Positions 51,490-61,904 of a DNA stretch of 64,000 bases are shown here, in pieces (positions within the stretch are counted from its first letter, which is position 1; the number at the start of each line of letters is the position of its first letter). The notes beneath the pieces are model-generated. The model was not told the DNA's origin, did not search any database, and worked only from the letters and a program-made list of their open reading frames with translations. The translations under genes and the position numbers were made by a program. The stretch is from contig NW_024704742.1 in the NCBI RefSeq assembly GCF_018977255.1, forward strand, positions 121,894,001 through 121,958,000, given 5' to 3'. The stretch is from Callorhinchus milii. Its lineage: Eukaryota.

Positions 51490-52010
51490 ATGATAATGTG
51501 TAAAGCATACGTGAATCCTTGGCTTTATAAATAGAGACATAGAGTACAAAAATAAGGAAGTTCTGCTAAACCTTTATATTCAAAACCGGTTGATAGATTT
51601 CTAAAGAATAGAAGGATTAAGGGATATGGGGATAGGGTGGGTAAATGAAATTAGGCTAGAAGATCAGCCCTGATCTTATTAAATGGCGGGGCAGGCTCGA
51701 GGGGCCGAATGGCCTACTCCTGCTTCTACGTCCTTATAGTCTTATGAGTCACTGGTTAGGTCTCAGCTGGAGCATTGTGTCCAATTCTGGGCACCATAGA
51801 TGTCAAAGCCTTGGAGAGGGCGCAGAGGTGATTTACCAAAATGGTACCAGGGATGAGGGACTTTGGTTATGTAGAGACTAGAGAAGCTGGGATTGTTCTC
51901 CTGAGAGCAAAGAGGGTAAAGAGGAAGATTTAATAGAGGTGTTCAAATTATGAGGGGTTTTGATAGGGTTTCCAATGGCAAGTGAGTCGGTAACCAGGGG
52001 ACATAGATTG
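51490..52010 (+). mobile_element. CR1 RT C-terminal fragment with a HER1-like CR1 tail (~51580-51745) nested inside
   Basis: aaacctttata^tcactggttaggtctcagctggagcattgtgtccaattctggg split by a segment ending gggccgaatggcctactcctgcttctacgtccttatagtcttatg. Confidence 0.8.
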
Positions 52011-52019
52011 ATCGATTTC

Positions 52020-52510
52020 TCTATCCCTCCACTTTGCCCTTTCCTTCCGCATTATCAGGTCGTGCCTGAAGACATTCCTATTCAACGGTGCCTACGTCAC
52101 CTCCCCCTTCCCCGGCTCAGTGTCCAGCTTTCTGGGACGCTACCCTGTGTAAGGGCGCTATATAAATGCAAGTTGTTGTTGATTTCAAGGTCCTCATCCT
52201 TCACACCCTGGCACCTCCCATCTCTGTCTGACCTGCTGATACCCGATTTCTCAGCCAGTCCCTTTGCTCAGCTGCCACAGTTGTTGGCTGAGCCTTCAGC
52301 CACTACATGCCTAACTTTTGGAACTACTTGCCTCAGTCCCTCCACTTAACCCCTTCCTTACCTTTCAATCCCACCTTAAGATATACCTTTTGACTGCACC
52401 TATGGAAATCTCTCTCTCCCTTTTTTCGTTGCTCTGCATCCAAGCCGGCCACTGTGCAGTCAGTGCTCCAAAACATTAAATGCCCTGTATAAATTCAGGT
52501 TGTTGTTGTT
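52020..52510 (+). mobile_element. Two L2 3' fragments
   Basis: Tails gggcgctatataaatgcaagttgttgttg (~52160) and tataaattcaggttgttgttg (~52508). Confidence 0.75.
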
Positions 52511-52832
52511 CTTGAATAATAAATGTGTTGTTCTCAAGAGAGCAATAATAACTTAAAGCCTGGACTGAGGCGAGGCTATTTGACTGATGGACCCTACTTC
52601 ATCCAGAGTCCCCAACAAAACCTTATCCTATGATCACTTTATTCCATCCACTCTAACTCCTGTGAGACAACTCCTTGTAGCGTCTCCCTGACTCTGTGTG
52701 ACATGTAGGGAATCACTTGGAGAAAGTGTGGTTTACGATGTCAGGTACATTTGCCAGCAACTTCACAGCAGGTCTGCCTGCTAATGGATAAAAGACCATC
52801 TACAATATAGAACTTGACCCCCTCCCCCATCA

Positions 52833-53159
52833 TTACACACACTGTACCCCTCCCAGCACACACATGGTACCCAGCACACACACTGTACCCCACCCAGAGC
52901 ACACACTGTACCCCTCCCAGCACAAACACTATACCCCTCCCAGCACACACACTGTACCCCTCCCAGCACACACACTGCACCCCTCCCAGCACACACACGG
53001 TACCCCACCCAGCACATACACTGTACCCCACCCAGCACACATCCTATACCGCACCCAGCACACACTGTAACCCACCCAGCACATACTGTACCCCACCCAG
53101 CACACACCCTGTACCCCATCCAGCACACACTGTACCCCACCCAGCACACACATTGTACC
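52833..53159. repeat. Minisatellite, ~22-26-bp unit cacactgtacccc(a/t)cccagcaca
   Basis: About a dozen visible units; one more unit after the L2 insertion at 54302-54322. Confidence 0.95.
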
Positions 53160-54301
53160 AACAACAACATTACATTTGTATAGCGCCTTTCACATCGGGA
53201 GGACGTGACAGTGTTTTGGACCAGAGCTGGGGGTCGGTATCAGGGAGGGTTGAGGGCAGTGGGGGAAGCAGGGAGATCAAAAGCATGGTCGAAGAGGAGG
53301 GTCTTGAGATGGGTCTTGAAGGAGGCAAGGGAGGGGGTGAGATGGAGTTCCAGAGGCAGAAGGCCCGCTAATAGTGGGGTGAGCGAGATGGGGAATGTGA
53401 AGCAGGCCGGAGCCTGCTGAGCGCAGGGAGTGAGCAGGATGGTAGGGGTTAGGAGGTCGCAGAAGTAGGTGGGAGCAAGACCATAGAGGGCTTTGAAGGT
53501 GAGGACCAGGATCTTGAACTCTATCCTCTGTGTGATGGGAAGCCAGTGGAGTCTGGTGAGGATGGGGGTGATAGGGTCACAGAGCCTGGTGCGGGAGAGG
53601 ACACGGGCTGCAGAGTTCTGGATAATCTGCAGCCTATGGAGGGAGGAGTTGGGGAGGCCAACAAGCAAGGAGTTTGCATAGTCGAGCCTTGATGTAATGA
53701 AAGAGTGTATGAAGGTTTTGGCGGCCTGTGGTGTGAGACAATGGCGGAGCCGGGCAATGTTGCGGAAGTGGGGAAGGCAGAATGGGTCATGACACAGACG
53801 TGGGGTAGAAAGGATAGTTAAAGGTCAAAATGATGTCTATGAGCAGAGGGCTAAGGAGGTAGAGCTGAGAGGTAAGAGAGGGGTAGGGATGAGATCGAGG
53901 GGCAGGTGGCCGTTTCATGCTGATTATAATTGTGGTGAGAGAGGAGTGGGAGACAGGTTCGAAGTTGTGGAGGGAAGGATAGGTAGTGGGAGGGGTAGAT
54001 AGGGAGAGTGTAGCAGTTGTCATTTGAGGTGAGGATGGGTGAGGCATGAGCGGGTGGGCGGAGGAGCCAGTTCATGATGGAGAAGAGGAGCCTGCAGTTG
54101 TCCTTGGCCTCCAAGATTGTCTTGGAGTAGAACTACGATTTAGCGGAGGCGAGGGGGGAGCAGTAATATTTGATAAGGTCCAGCCAGATCTGCTGATGAC
54201 CGTTAAGTTTGATCTAAGCAAGGTGTGCTCAGCGGCTCGCAACTGTGTTTTAAGAGAGCGGAGGTGACTGGTTTACCATGGTGATTTTTGTGAATAGGGA
54301 C
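53160..54301 (-). mobile_element. Internally deleted L2 LINE inserted in a minisatellite
   Basis: Reverse tail at 53160; LQIIQNSAARVL..LHWLPI ORF; linker-region segment 53820-54300 joined without the RT core; gtacc flanks both ends. Confidence 0.85.
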
Positions 54302-55244
54302 GTACCCCACCCAGCACACACAGACTGAACATCCCCCACACAGACTGAACCATGCATTGTTGACCTAACGATGGATAGTCTTAGGGTGATAGTGAAGAGC
54401 TATTTTGAGATGAGATGAAGATGCTCCACATTACGCTGAAATGAATGTTGCAATACTAACTTGTTAGTATGTTCAATGTCATCAGTTGTGATAAGATGGT
54501 TACCCTCTAGTTCACAGTTTCTCCAGGTAATACCCTATGTGTCACACAGAGAGGAGATAACAAATAAGAGTATTTGTTGACAAATACAGAACTGTCGCAT
54601 CTCCCCAGTTGCATCAATGCAGCAAAGTGAGTAATGGCGTGTGGTTAATTTGGGGCAGAATTGGTACGTTTGATCCCTGCAGCAAGCCCACCTGAAACAG
54701 GTAGTTTCCTCCATAATCATCTCACATCATGACTCACTGCCAGATGCTCAAACTTGTACTCTTTAAAGTTTTCAAAACTGACCTCAGGCAGCTGACACCT
54801 GATGCTGTTCAGTTAATGAATATTGGTTATCTTTCCAGCCTGTTCGCAATCATCAGGAATCTAATTTGTATGCATTCTGAGTACACACAGAGCCCTGCTT
54901 CCCTGATTCAATCGTGATGTGAGCAGATTTTATTGCCATGGCTGCCTGCTCAACACCACTGGTGAAAACACAATCTGTACCAGACCAGTTGACTGAGAGC
55001 AATATGTGCATCAGTCTTACCCTTCATTATTGATTTATTTAATAACCATTCATTTCTAGCGTAAGGGGGTTCTGGTTGGGGCTGTTTCGAGGATACAATA
55101 ACTTTTGTGGATTGTTGATAATTAAAAATAAGGTGATTTTTTAAAGTATATTTTTTCATATTTGTATTATGTTGCAGAAGAGATGGAGCATTTTTGTAAT
55201 GCTACTCCTGTTTTGACAGTGTGGGCAGGCAATCTCTATTTATT

Positions 55245-55425
55245 AATAATAAAATAATAATCCTTGCATTTGATATAGCTGCAAGTATAACATTTTCACA
55301 TCAGGAGGACATATCAAAGCACTTCACATTTTATACTGTAAAGTGTAGTGGCTGTATACTTTATAGGTAAATGCAGCAGCCAATTTGCACACTGCATGTC
55401 CCACAAACAGCCATGAATTGAAATT
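55245..55425 (-). mobile_element. Diverged SINE 3' half
   Basis: aataataatccttgcatttgatatagc...cagccaatttgcacac...cccacaaacagcc. Confidence 0.78.
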
Positions 55426-55429
55426 CTAG

Positions 55430-56365
55430 GTCAAATCCTTAGGGTTTACATTCAATTTGCTGCAAACTGCGTGGATTGCTCGAAATTCTCCAACAGCTTC
55501 AGTTCATTTCATGATTTACCTGTTTTTAACAAATAAATATCATTGGTCACAAAACAATTGCGTTAGGATTCAGCTGAAAACAATGCACCATTAATTATGG
55601 AGAACTCTATTTTCTATAACAGGAGAATCAATAACAATATCTTTAGAATCATGTGTGGCATGCTTTGCAACGTGCACTCTTCTTTTAATGGTAGAGAAAG
55701 TTTTTTTGTATTTAAGTAAGTGAGCTTGTGAATGAAAGATACTAAGTGACAGTAACTGTCTGTTCAATTGAATTATATTGGACAAGAGCCCAGTTTTACA
55801 GCTTCAGGAAAACGTTTACTTTCTGGTTACCAAGGCTCTCGCTTCCTGCAAATGTAAATTGCGGGGAAGGTTCAATGGGCTGACACACCATCCCTGAAGG
55901 AGATAACATTTGTGAATGCTCTATTATGTTATTTAAGCATAATCCTCCTATCTGGCATTTTGTACTAGCAGATCAGAAGTAACTCGGAGCTCTAACTTAT
56001 TGGTTGTAACCAATTTGATTGACTGCTAGATTGCGTTGACTGTAGCTGGGGTGTGTTCACCCTTATGTTCCTTTTTTCTGCTGCTACTTGCCATAATAGG
56101 TTCCTGTAGACCTGATTTGGGTGTAAGCAGCTGTTACACTACAGTTTGTTTGATTTTTTTCTTCCTTCTCAGAATCGGCTTCTTAGTGAGAGACTGAGGC
56201 ATCTATGCACATTGTTTAGAAAGCACTTTATGGTGCAAATTTAACAGTAACCTTTGTTGTTGTTGGTACATGTTGGTTGGTACAAGGATTTTTAATTTTG
56301 AATACATTGTTGTCACCTCACTTGTTAAGTGACCCAGAGGATCTCTACATGAATTTTGAAAAGTA
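55430..56365 (+). promoter_or_regulatory. Putative PDE4D5 alternative promoter / 5' UTR
   Basis: Stretch without recognisable repeats directly upstream of the isoform-specific exon in an otherwise repeat-dense window; CCAAT near 56010; E-box palindrome at 56121-56139. TSS not determinable. Confidence 0.5.
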
Positions 56366-56637
56366 ATGGCACAGGAAGCAACAAGTCAGGACATGGCAAC
56401 CTCACCTGATCCGAGGAAGGAATCATATCCACATCCTCTGCTGAATGAAGCTTTTGTTAAGATCTTAACTGAAAATGTACTGGGACATGAGAAGTCAAAA
56501 ACGGTACGAAAGTCACCATCCATTTCACCTGGGTTGTCTCCCAGCATTTCACCCAGAAATTCCCCAGTGGTTTTGCGAAGAGTGATGCTGAGCAAAAACA
56601 TTCAAAAGAAGAGGAGGTTTACAGTGGCTCATACCTG
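56366..56637 (+). CDS. PDE4D: Isoform-specific first coding exon of cAMP-specific phosphodiesterase 4D, PDE4D5-type N-terminus (90 codons + 2 nt, phase-2 intron follows)
   Basis: Translation MAQEATSQ...HPLLNEAFVKILTENVLGHEKSKTVRKSPSISPGLSPSISPRNSPVVLRRVMLSKNIQKKRRFTVAHT aligns colinearly with recalled human PDE4D5 (MAQQTS...NPWLNEDLVKSLRENLLQHEKSKTARKSVSPKLSPVISPRNSP...KQRRFTVAHTC). ATG in strong context (GTAATGG) with in-frame TGA at 56357. Donor TG|GTAAGA at 56637/56638 splits the final Cys codon. HEKSKT favours PDE4D5 over the PDE4B3 paralogue. Confidence 0.93.
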
Positions 56638-58119
56638 GTAAGAACAAATTGTATGTGGAACAACAGTTAATTTAGACATTTAATGTTTAACTTTATTTTG
56701 TGAAATTATTGCCGGGCCTCTATGAATCTTGTCACTGGAGGCTTGTGAGGTGTTAAATATATACTTTATTATCACCAGACTATGGGCTGTATTATTTTTG
56801 AATAGCCTGCAAGACAGAGAATATATTTTGGATTCATAGAATCAGATATACACAACATGCCCATATGCATGCTCTATTGTTCTTGAAAAGTTCAAGGTAC
56901 AGAAGCAGTGATATAAATAATCTGACATCAGCCATTAATGAACACAGTGACCTCGGCAGTGGTTTTATTCCTGGTTTCTCAACATATAAATTTATGATGG
57001 GGAAGACTGTATAAAAGGAAAGCTACGTAAATTAGATTAAATGAGATGTGTGCTCACAGAAATACTATTAGAGTTGACATGCCAGTGTTCTATAAATGAC
57101 TTACCACTGGCAGCAATCTTAGATTAACGGACGAGGTATGTGGTTCATATCAATTAGTAATTTTGTCAACTTATATCAGATGTGAAACGGCTTCAAAGCT
57201 ACGGCAACAAAACAATTGCTGTGGCAATATGAACTTTTTTCTCCGTCCCCTATTATGGAAGCAAATATGATTTTTCACTCTGAAGGAAAATGAGACATTT
57301 AAGCATTGAAACGCTGCATACAAAAATGTGATGATAGATCACCGAACAATTCCGAAATCATTGTGATAAAGAGAATAGAGGTACATTCGGTGACCAGTTT
57401 GGATTTTATTCAATCATGGCTTCAATTGAAAGCAAGTGAGTTTTTTTAACAGCAGAAAGCCGCATTCTAATCTGGATCATGATTGATTGAATGTTTATAA
57501 GGCAATTTGTGGTTTATACATCGGCAGACCAGCAGTGTTCCTATGGTGTAGTGCAGTGCTCTGGTGTACCGACACGCTGCCTCACAGATGGTAGGTTGCA
57601 AGTTCCTGCTGAAAATTATTCATATATTTAATTCCTGTTCCAAGTTACAGTGATGCTGAGCAAAGGACCTGTGCTTCCCCAGCAGTTGAAGGGCTCAATG
57701 CATGTACCTCTAGCCATTTCTGAAGCAGGTCATGGCAGTTGGTTTTGCAATAACATTGGCAGGGGGTTGGGAGCAGATTACCTGGCTGCCCTCTTGGCCA
57801 GAAACTGGGACGTGGCGTTGAGTAAAATAAGGGAGAAAATAGCAACAAAATGGAAGATGCAGTGACAACAGAATTTTCTTAAAGGGGTGTTGTTTTTGTT
57901 GCAAAAACTTTAATTGCTTGAGTGCAAAAAGCCACGTTCGACAAAGCATCATGTGCGAGTGACACAACGATACATGTCAATTGAACTTGCATTTAATTTA
58001 CATGATGTGTTCTTAAATAGATGGGAAGCATTTCTCATTTACAACACGTGTTCTGTAGATCTACACACCTGTGTTTTCAGTCCAATTTACTGTTTAATGA
58101 TTTCTCAGCACATTTGTTG

Positions 58120-59198
58120 GGAACCTCCCACCTCGATTTTTCCAAAGCTAGCTCCACCACCCACCCATAAAATATAACTAATTCAAAAACTCTATTGCCC
58201 ATATTTACACCCATACCAAACTCCGCATCCTATCATCCCAGTCCTTGCCAGGCTGCACTGTCTCCCTATTGCAGAATAGATCGTTTTCTGGATCCTCACA
58301 CATACTTATAAATCAATTCATGCCTTAGCACCTCTTCACTTGATCGATCTGCTTACACCCCATTCCACTTCTCACTTCCTTCGCTCAGCTGGCTCCGGTC
58401 TTCTACACATCTCTTGTCCCCTCCATCCACTATGGGTGGCCATGCTTTCAGCCACTATACCCGAAACTCTGGAACTGCCTCAATCGCTCCAACATACACA
58501 TCTTCGGTTTGCATCTGAAAACCTTTTGTTTTGATCATGCCTATAGTTACCTCTCTTCCCTGGCTCGGCATCAAACTACACCACTATTAAGTACTCAGAG
58601 ATGCTATCCTCGTGATAAAAATATTATCATATTTATAGATGCTATCTTTTTCTATACTAATAAAGTCAAAATGTGTGTGTCTGTTCGCCAAGAACGCAAT
58701 AACTGATTGATGTAGGGACATGATTATTCCTCATCGGAAAGGTCTTGCATGGCGGAATGTCATGGGTGTATTTGTTTTCAGGGATCTCCTATCGTTGATA
58801 AGCTATATTAAAAAATATATTAAAAAATGCTATATTTAAGCTCCAAAAAATGTGTGCATGGTATTCTGCAACAAAGATCACACACCCTTCTAGAGAAATA
58901 CATCTCTTACTACTAATAAAGACAAAATGTGCTCCCAACAGGAGTCCTCCACACCTGAATCCTCCCACAGGAGTCCTCCCAAAAGGATATGTGTGCAAAT
59001 ATGTGAACAAGGGATGCTAAGGAGTTCAATAACCCATTTTCATAATCTTAAGGACAAAGATGCCTAAGAGGTAAACATCAAGCCATTCAAGGACAAATAA
59101 AAATGCCAGATGAAAGAGAGAAGGCCGATTAAATGAAGCTGGTTGCAAGCGTAGCTGCAACAGGTACAGCTAGTATAAATACAAGTTGGTGTTGTTGC
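58120..59198 (+). mobile_element. L2 3' fragment whose tail is split by the Helitron
   Basis: atcccagtccttgccaggctgcactgtctccctatt; tail completed after 59173 by tataaatacaagttggtgttgttg. Confidence 0.8.
58645..59173 (+). mobile_element. Complete non-autonomous Helitron (rolling-circle transposon)
   Basis: 5' A|TC...CTATACTAATAAAG; subterminal hairpin GTTGCAAGCGTAGCTGCAAC (59142-59161); 3' CTAG|T (59170-59174); no TSD; removing it restores the L2 tail gatgcta^tataaatacaagttgg; Rep-like YVCKYVNKG at 58988-59014. Confidence 0.88.
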
Positions 59199-59249
59199 TG
59201 TTAATGCAAAGAGACCTAAAAAAGTCCTAGCATTTGGTCTAACTCCTTT

Positions 59250-59373
59250 CACGCACCAAGCTCAGTGAGCCGATCACCCCCATCCTCGCCCAACTTCACT
59301 AGCTACCCATCCCCGGAGGATCGAGTCAAGATCTTCGCCTCACTTTCAGTGCCCTCCATGGTCTTGCTCCTCC
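59250..59373 (+). mobile_element. L2 fragment fused to the antisense CR1
   Basis: gatcacccccatcctcgcccaacttcactagctacccatc...gccctccatggtcttgctcctccc. Confidence 0.85.
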
Positions 59374-60700
59374 CAACCTGTAATTTCTGGGTTTGTCTTT
59401 CTGCCCCTTTTTGTAGAGAGGGGTAACATTAGCCACTTTCCAGTCTCTTGGCACCATTCCTATGTCCAATGAAGATTGAAATATAATGGCCAAAGCCTCC
59501 GATATTTGAACCCGTATCTCCCACAGCAACCTTGGGTGAAACCCATCTGGTCCTGGTGACTTATCAATTTTGAGCCCAGTCAATCTTTTCAGAACTTCCT
59601 CTCGGTCTATAGTAATCTGATCTATTTCCTCTACCCTCTCATCCAATACTGCGGCATTTGGGGCATCCATTTCCGTTGTGAAGACAGATGCAAAGAACTC
59701 GTCCAGTACATCAGCCATGCCCTCTGCCTCCACAACAAGATTGCCGTCATTGTCTTTGATTGGCTCCACCCTACCTTAACTAACCTTTTTTTCCTTTATG
59801 TGCTTATAAAATATTTTAGGATTCCCCTTTATGTTACCCGCTAACCTCTTCTCATGCGATCTTTTAGCCCTTTTCCAGTCAAGCATTTTCACCCTTGACT
59901 GTACTTTGTCCCTATTCATGAGTATTAATAATATGGTCACTGTTACCTAGATGCTCCCCTACCGAAACCTGTTCAACCTGACCTATTTGATTCCCCAGGA
60001 CTAGATCCAGCAATGCTTCCTTTCTCGTAGGACTGGAGACGTACTGCTCAAGAAAATTTTCCTGTACACAGTCTATGAATCTTTCTCCTGCCTTGCCCTT
60101 AGCGCTGCTATTTTGCCAGTCTATATTGGGATAATTGAAATCCCCCATTATCGCAACTCTGTTTGCCTTACATCTATCCGCGATCTGATAGCAGATCTGC
60201 TCCTCTATCTCCTTCCCACTGTCTGGTGGTCTATAGTAAACCCTTATCAGTGTAACCACTCCTTTCTTATTTCTTATCTCTAACCAGATGGATTCTGTTG
60301 TCGGGCCCTCCAGAGCCTCGTTCCTTTCTACAACTATAATTGTATCCTTAACCAATATTGCCACCCTTCCTCCTTTTCTTCCTTCTCTATCCTTCCTGAA
60401 CACATTATATCCTGGAATATTTAACTCCCATTCCTGTCCTGGCTTGAGCCATGTCTCCGTTACTGCCACCACATCGTAACCCTGTACGGCCAGTTGAACT
60501 TGCAGCTCATCAAGCTTATTCCCTAAGCCACGTGTATTTAGGTACATGCATTTGAGGAAATTGTCCGCTTGTACCTGTTCTACACTTCCCACTTGTCTTT
60601 TTTCTCTAACCTCTAATTCATTGTTTATCCTTGGATACCCATCCCACCTCAACACTGGTTTAAATCCGCCCCCACAGCATTTGATAATCTCTTGGCAAGG
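59374..60700 (-). mobile_element. CR1 LINE fragment: open APE endonuclease domain and start of RT, internal deletion, 3' part missing
   Basis: ORF 59912-60730 (YLNTRGL, VTETW, YYRPP, GDFNYPNIDW, LDLVL, SDH); ORF 59326-59769 (KSPGPDGFHP, DWKVANVTPLYKKG, NYR). Confidence 0.93.
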
Positions 60701-61904
60701 AAGCTCACCCCTGCCTTGCCTAAGTGCCACCCATCCTCAAGGTAAAGATCCCACCTCCTCCAAGAAAAGTGTAGCTTTTCTTTTAGGTATAAGACAGTAT
60801 ATGTGAATAGCTACCCCCTCACTTCAACACATTTCTGACCTAAGCTATACCGAGAGGGGGGCTGCTTCCACACAGGACCATCTGAGGGAGAATAATGTTC
60901 GGGTGCTGTTGAGCATCTCCTTATCTTTGGCTGAAGAAGGGCATTGGTGGAGGCCTTAGAATGGTTTCGCAATTGGTGAGAACAAGGGACTTGCAAGATA
61001 ATTGAAGGATTCGTCTAAGGTCCTCTATCTTCTCACTGGGCCTTACCATGTGTGATGTTCTCATGTTTTGGATTCATATATAATAGATTGCTTTCTGCTG
61101 ATGTGTATGTAAGGACAATGACTATTTGTGGAACATTGTTGTGCAAAATTCGCCTGCAAATACACAGTCCATTCCTGTTAAATGTTTTGAGATGTTTCGA
61201 CATTGTGATAACATGCTATATCAAAATAGTAAAATAGCCCTTGCATTTGATATAAAGTCTTTCACGTTGGGAAGACATCCCAAGGCACTTAATATCACCG
61301 GAAAGTTGCAAGAATTATTTTTATCATTGTGACTGAATATTTAGGGTAAGAAAATTGTAAATGCATGGCCTGAAGATATTCACAAAATACATTTGAGATG
61401 CTGCGTAAAATACATTGACTCTCCTCAAAAACTGCTTATTAAAAAGCATCCCCAGCATCATGTGCTGTTTTTGACTGGAATGTAAAGGTCGGAAGTATGT
61501 CCTGATTCTAATCACAAACTCAATGTCAACTTCCAAATGGCAACATGTGCAGCATCAGCACCTGATGTGTGCAGCGCAACACAAGTTCAGCCCCAGGTTA
61601 GACAGCACCTTCACATGTTTGAAAGCCAAAAAGTGACTGATAATAGCACTTACAAAAGATCCACACAGTTTGTTTCAGTGCTCATCTGGCACTTACTGAC
61701 AAACATATTTATGGCTGTTATGTGTTATGTCCTGGCGCCGTGATGGTGGGATAGGGTGTCACATGAATGATTATATTTCATGCCATGATGTGCAACTGTG
61801 GAAACAGTCCAGCAGTCAACATGGTGTCAGCCTAACGCAGCTGGTTACATTCTTTTCTTGGGTCAAAAACTTGTGGGTTCAAGCCCCACATTGGGACAAA
61901 ATAA

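Noticed and set aside
52741..53371. Cys/Gly/Val- and His/Pro/Thr-rich ORFs; CRISPR-like periodicity
   Set aside because: Translations of a minisatellite; no unique spacers, no cas genes, vertebrate DNA.
56636..56641. ORF-track ending W* giving a standalone 91-aa protein
   Set aside because: Artefact of reading into the GTAAGA donor; the exon splices after TG.
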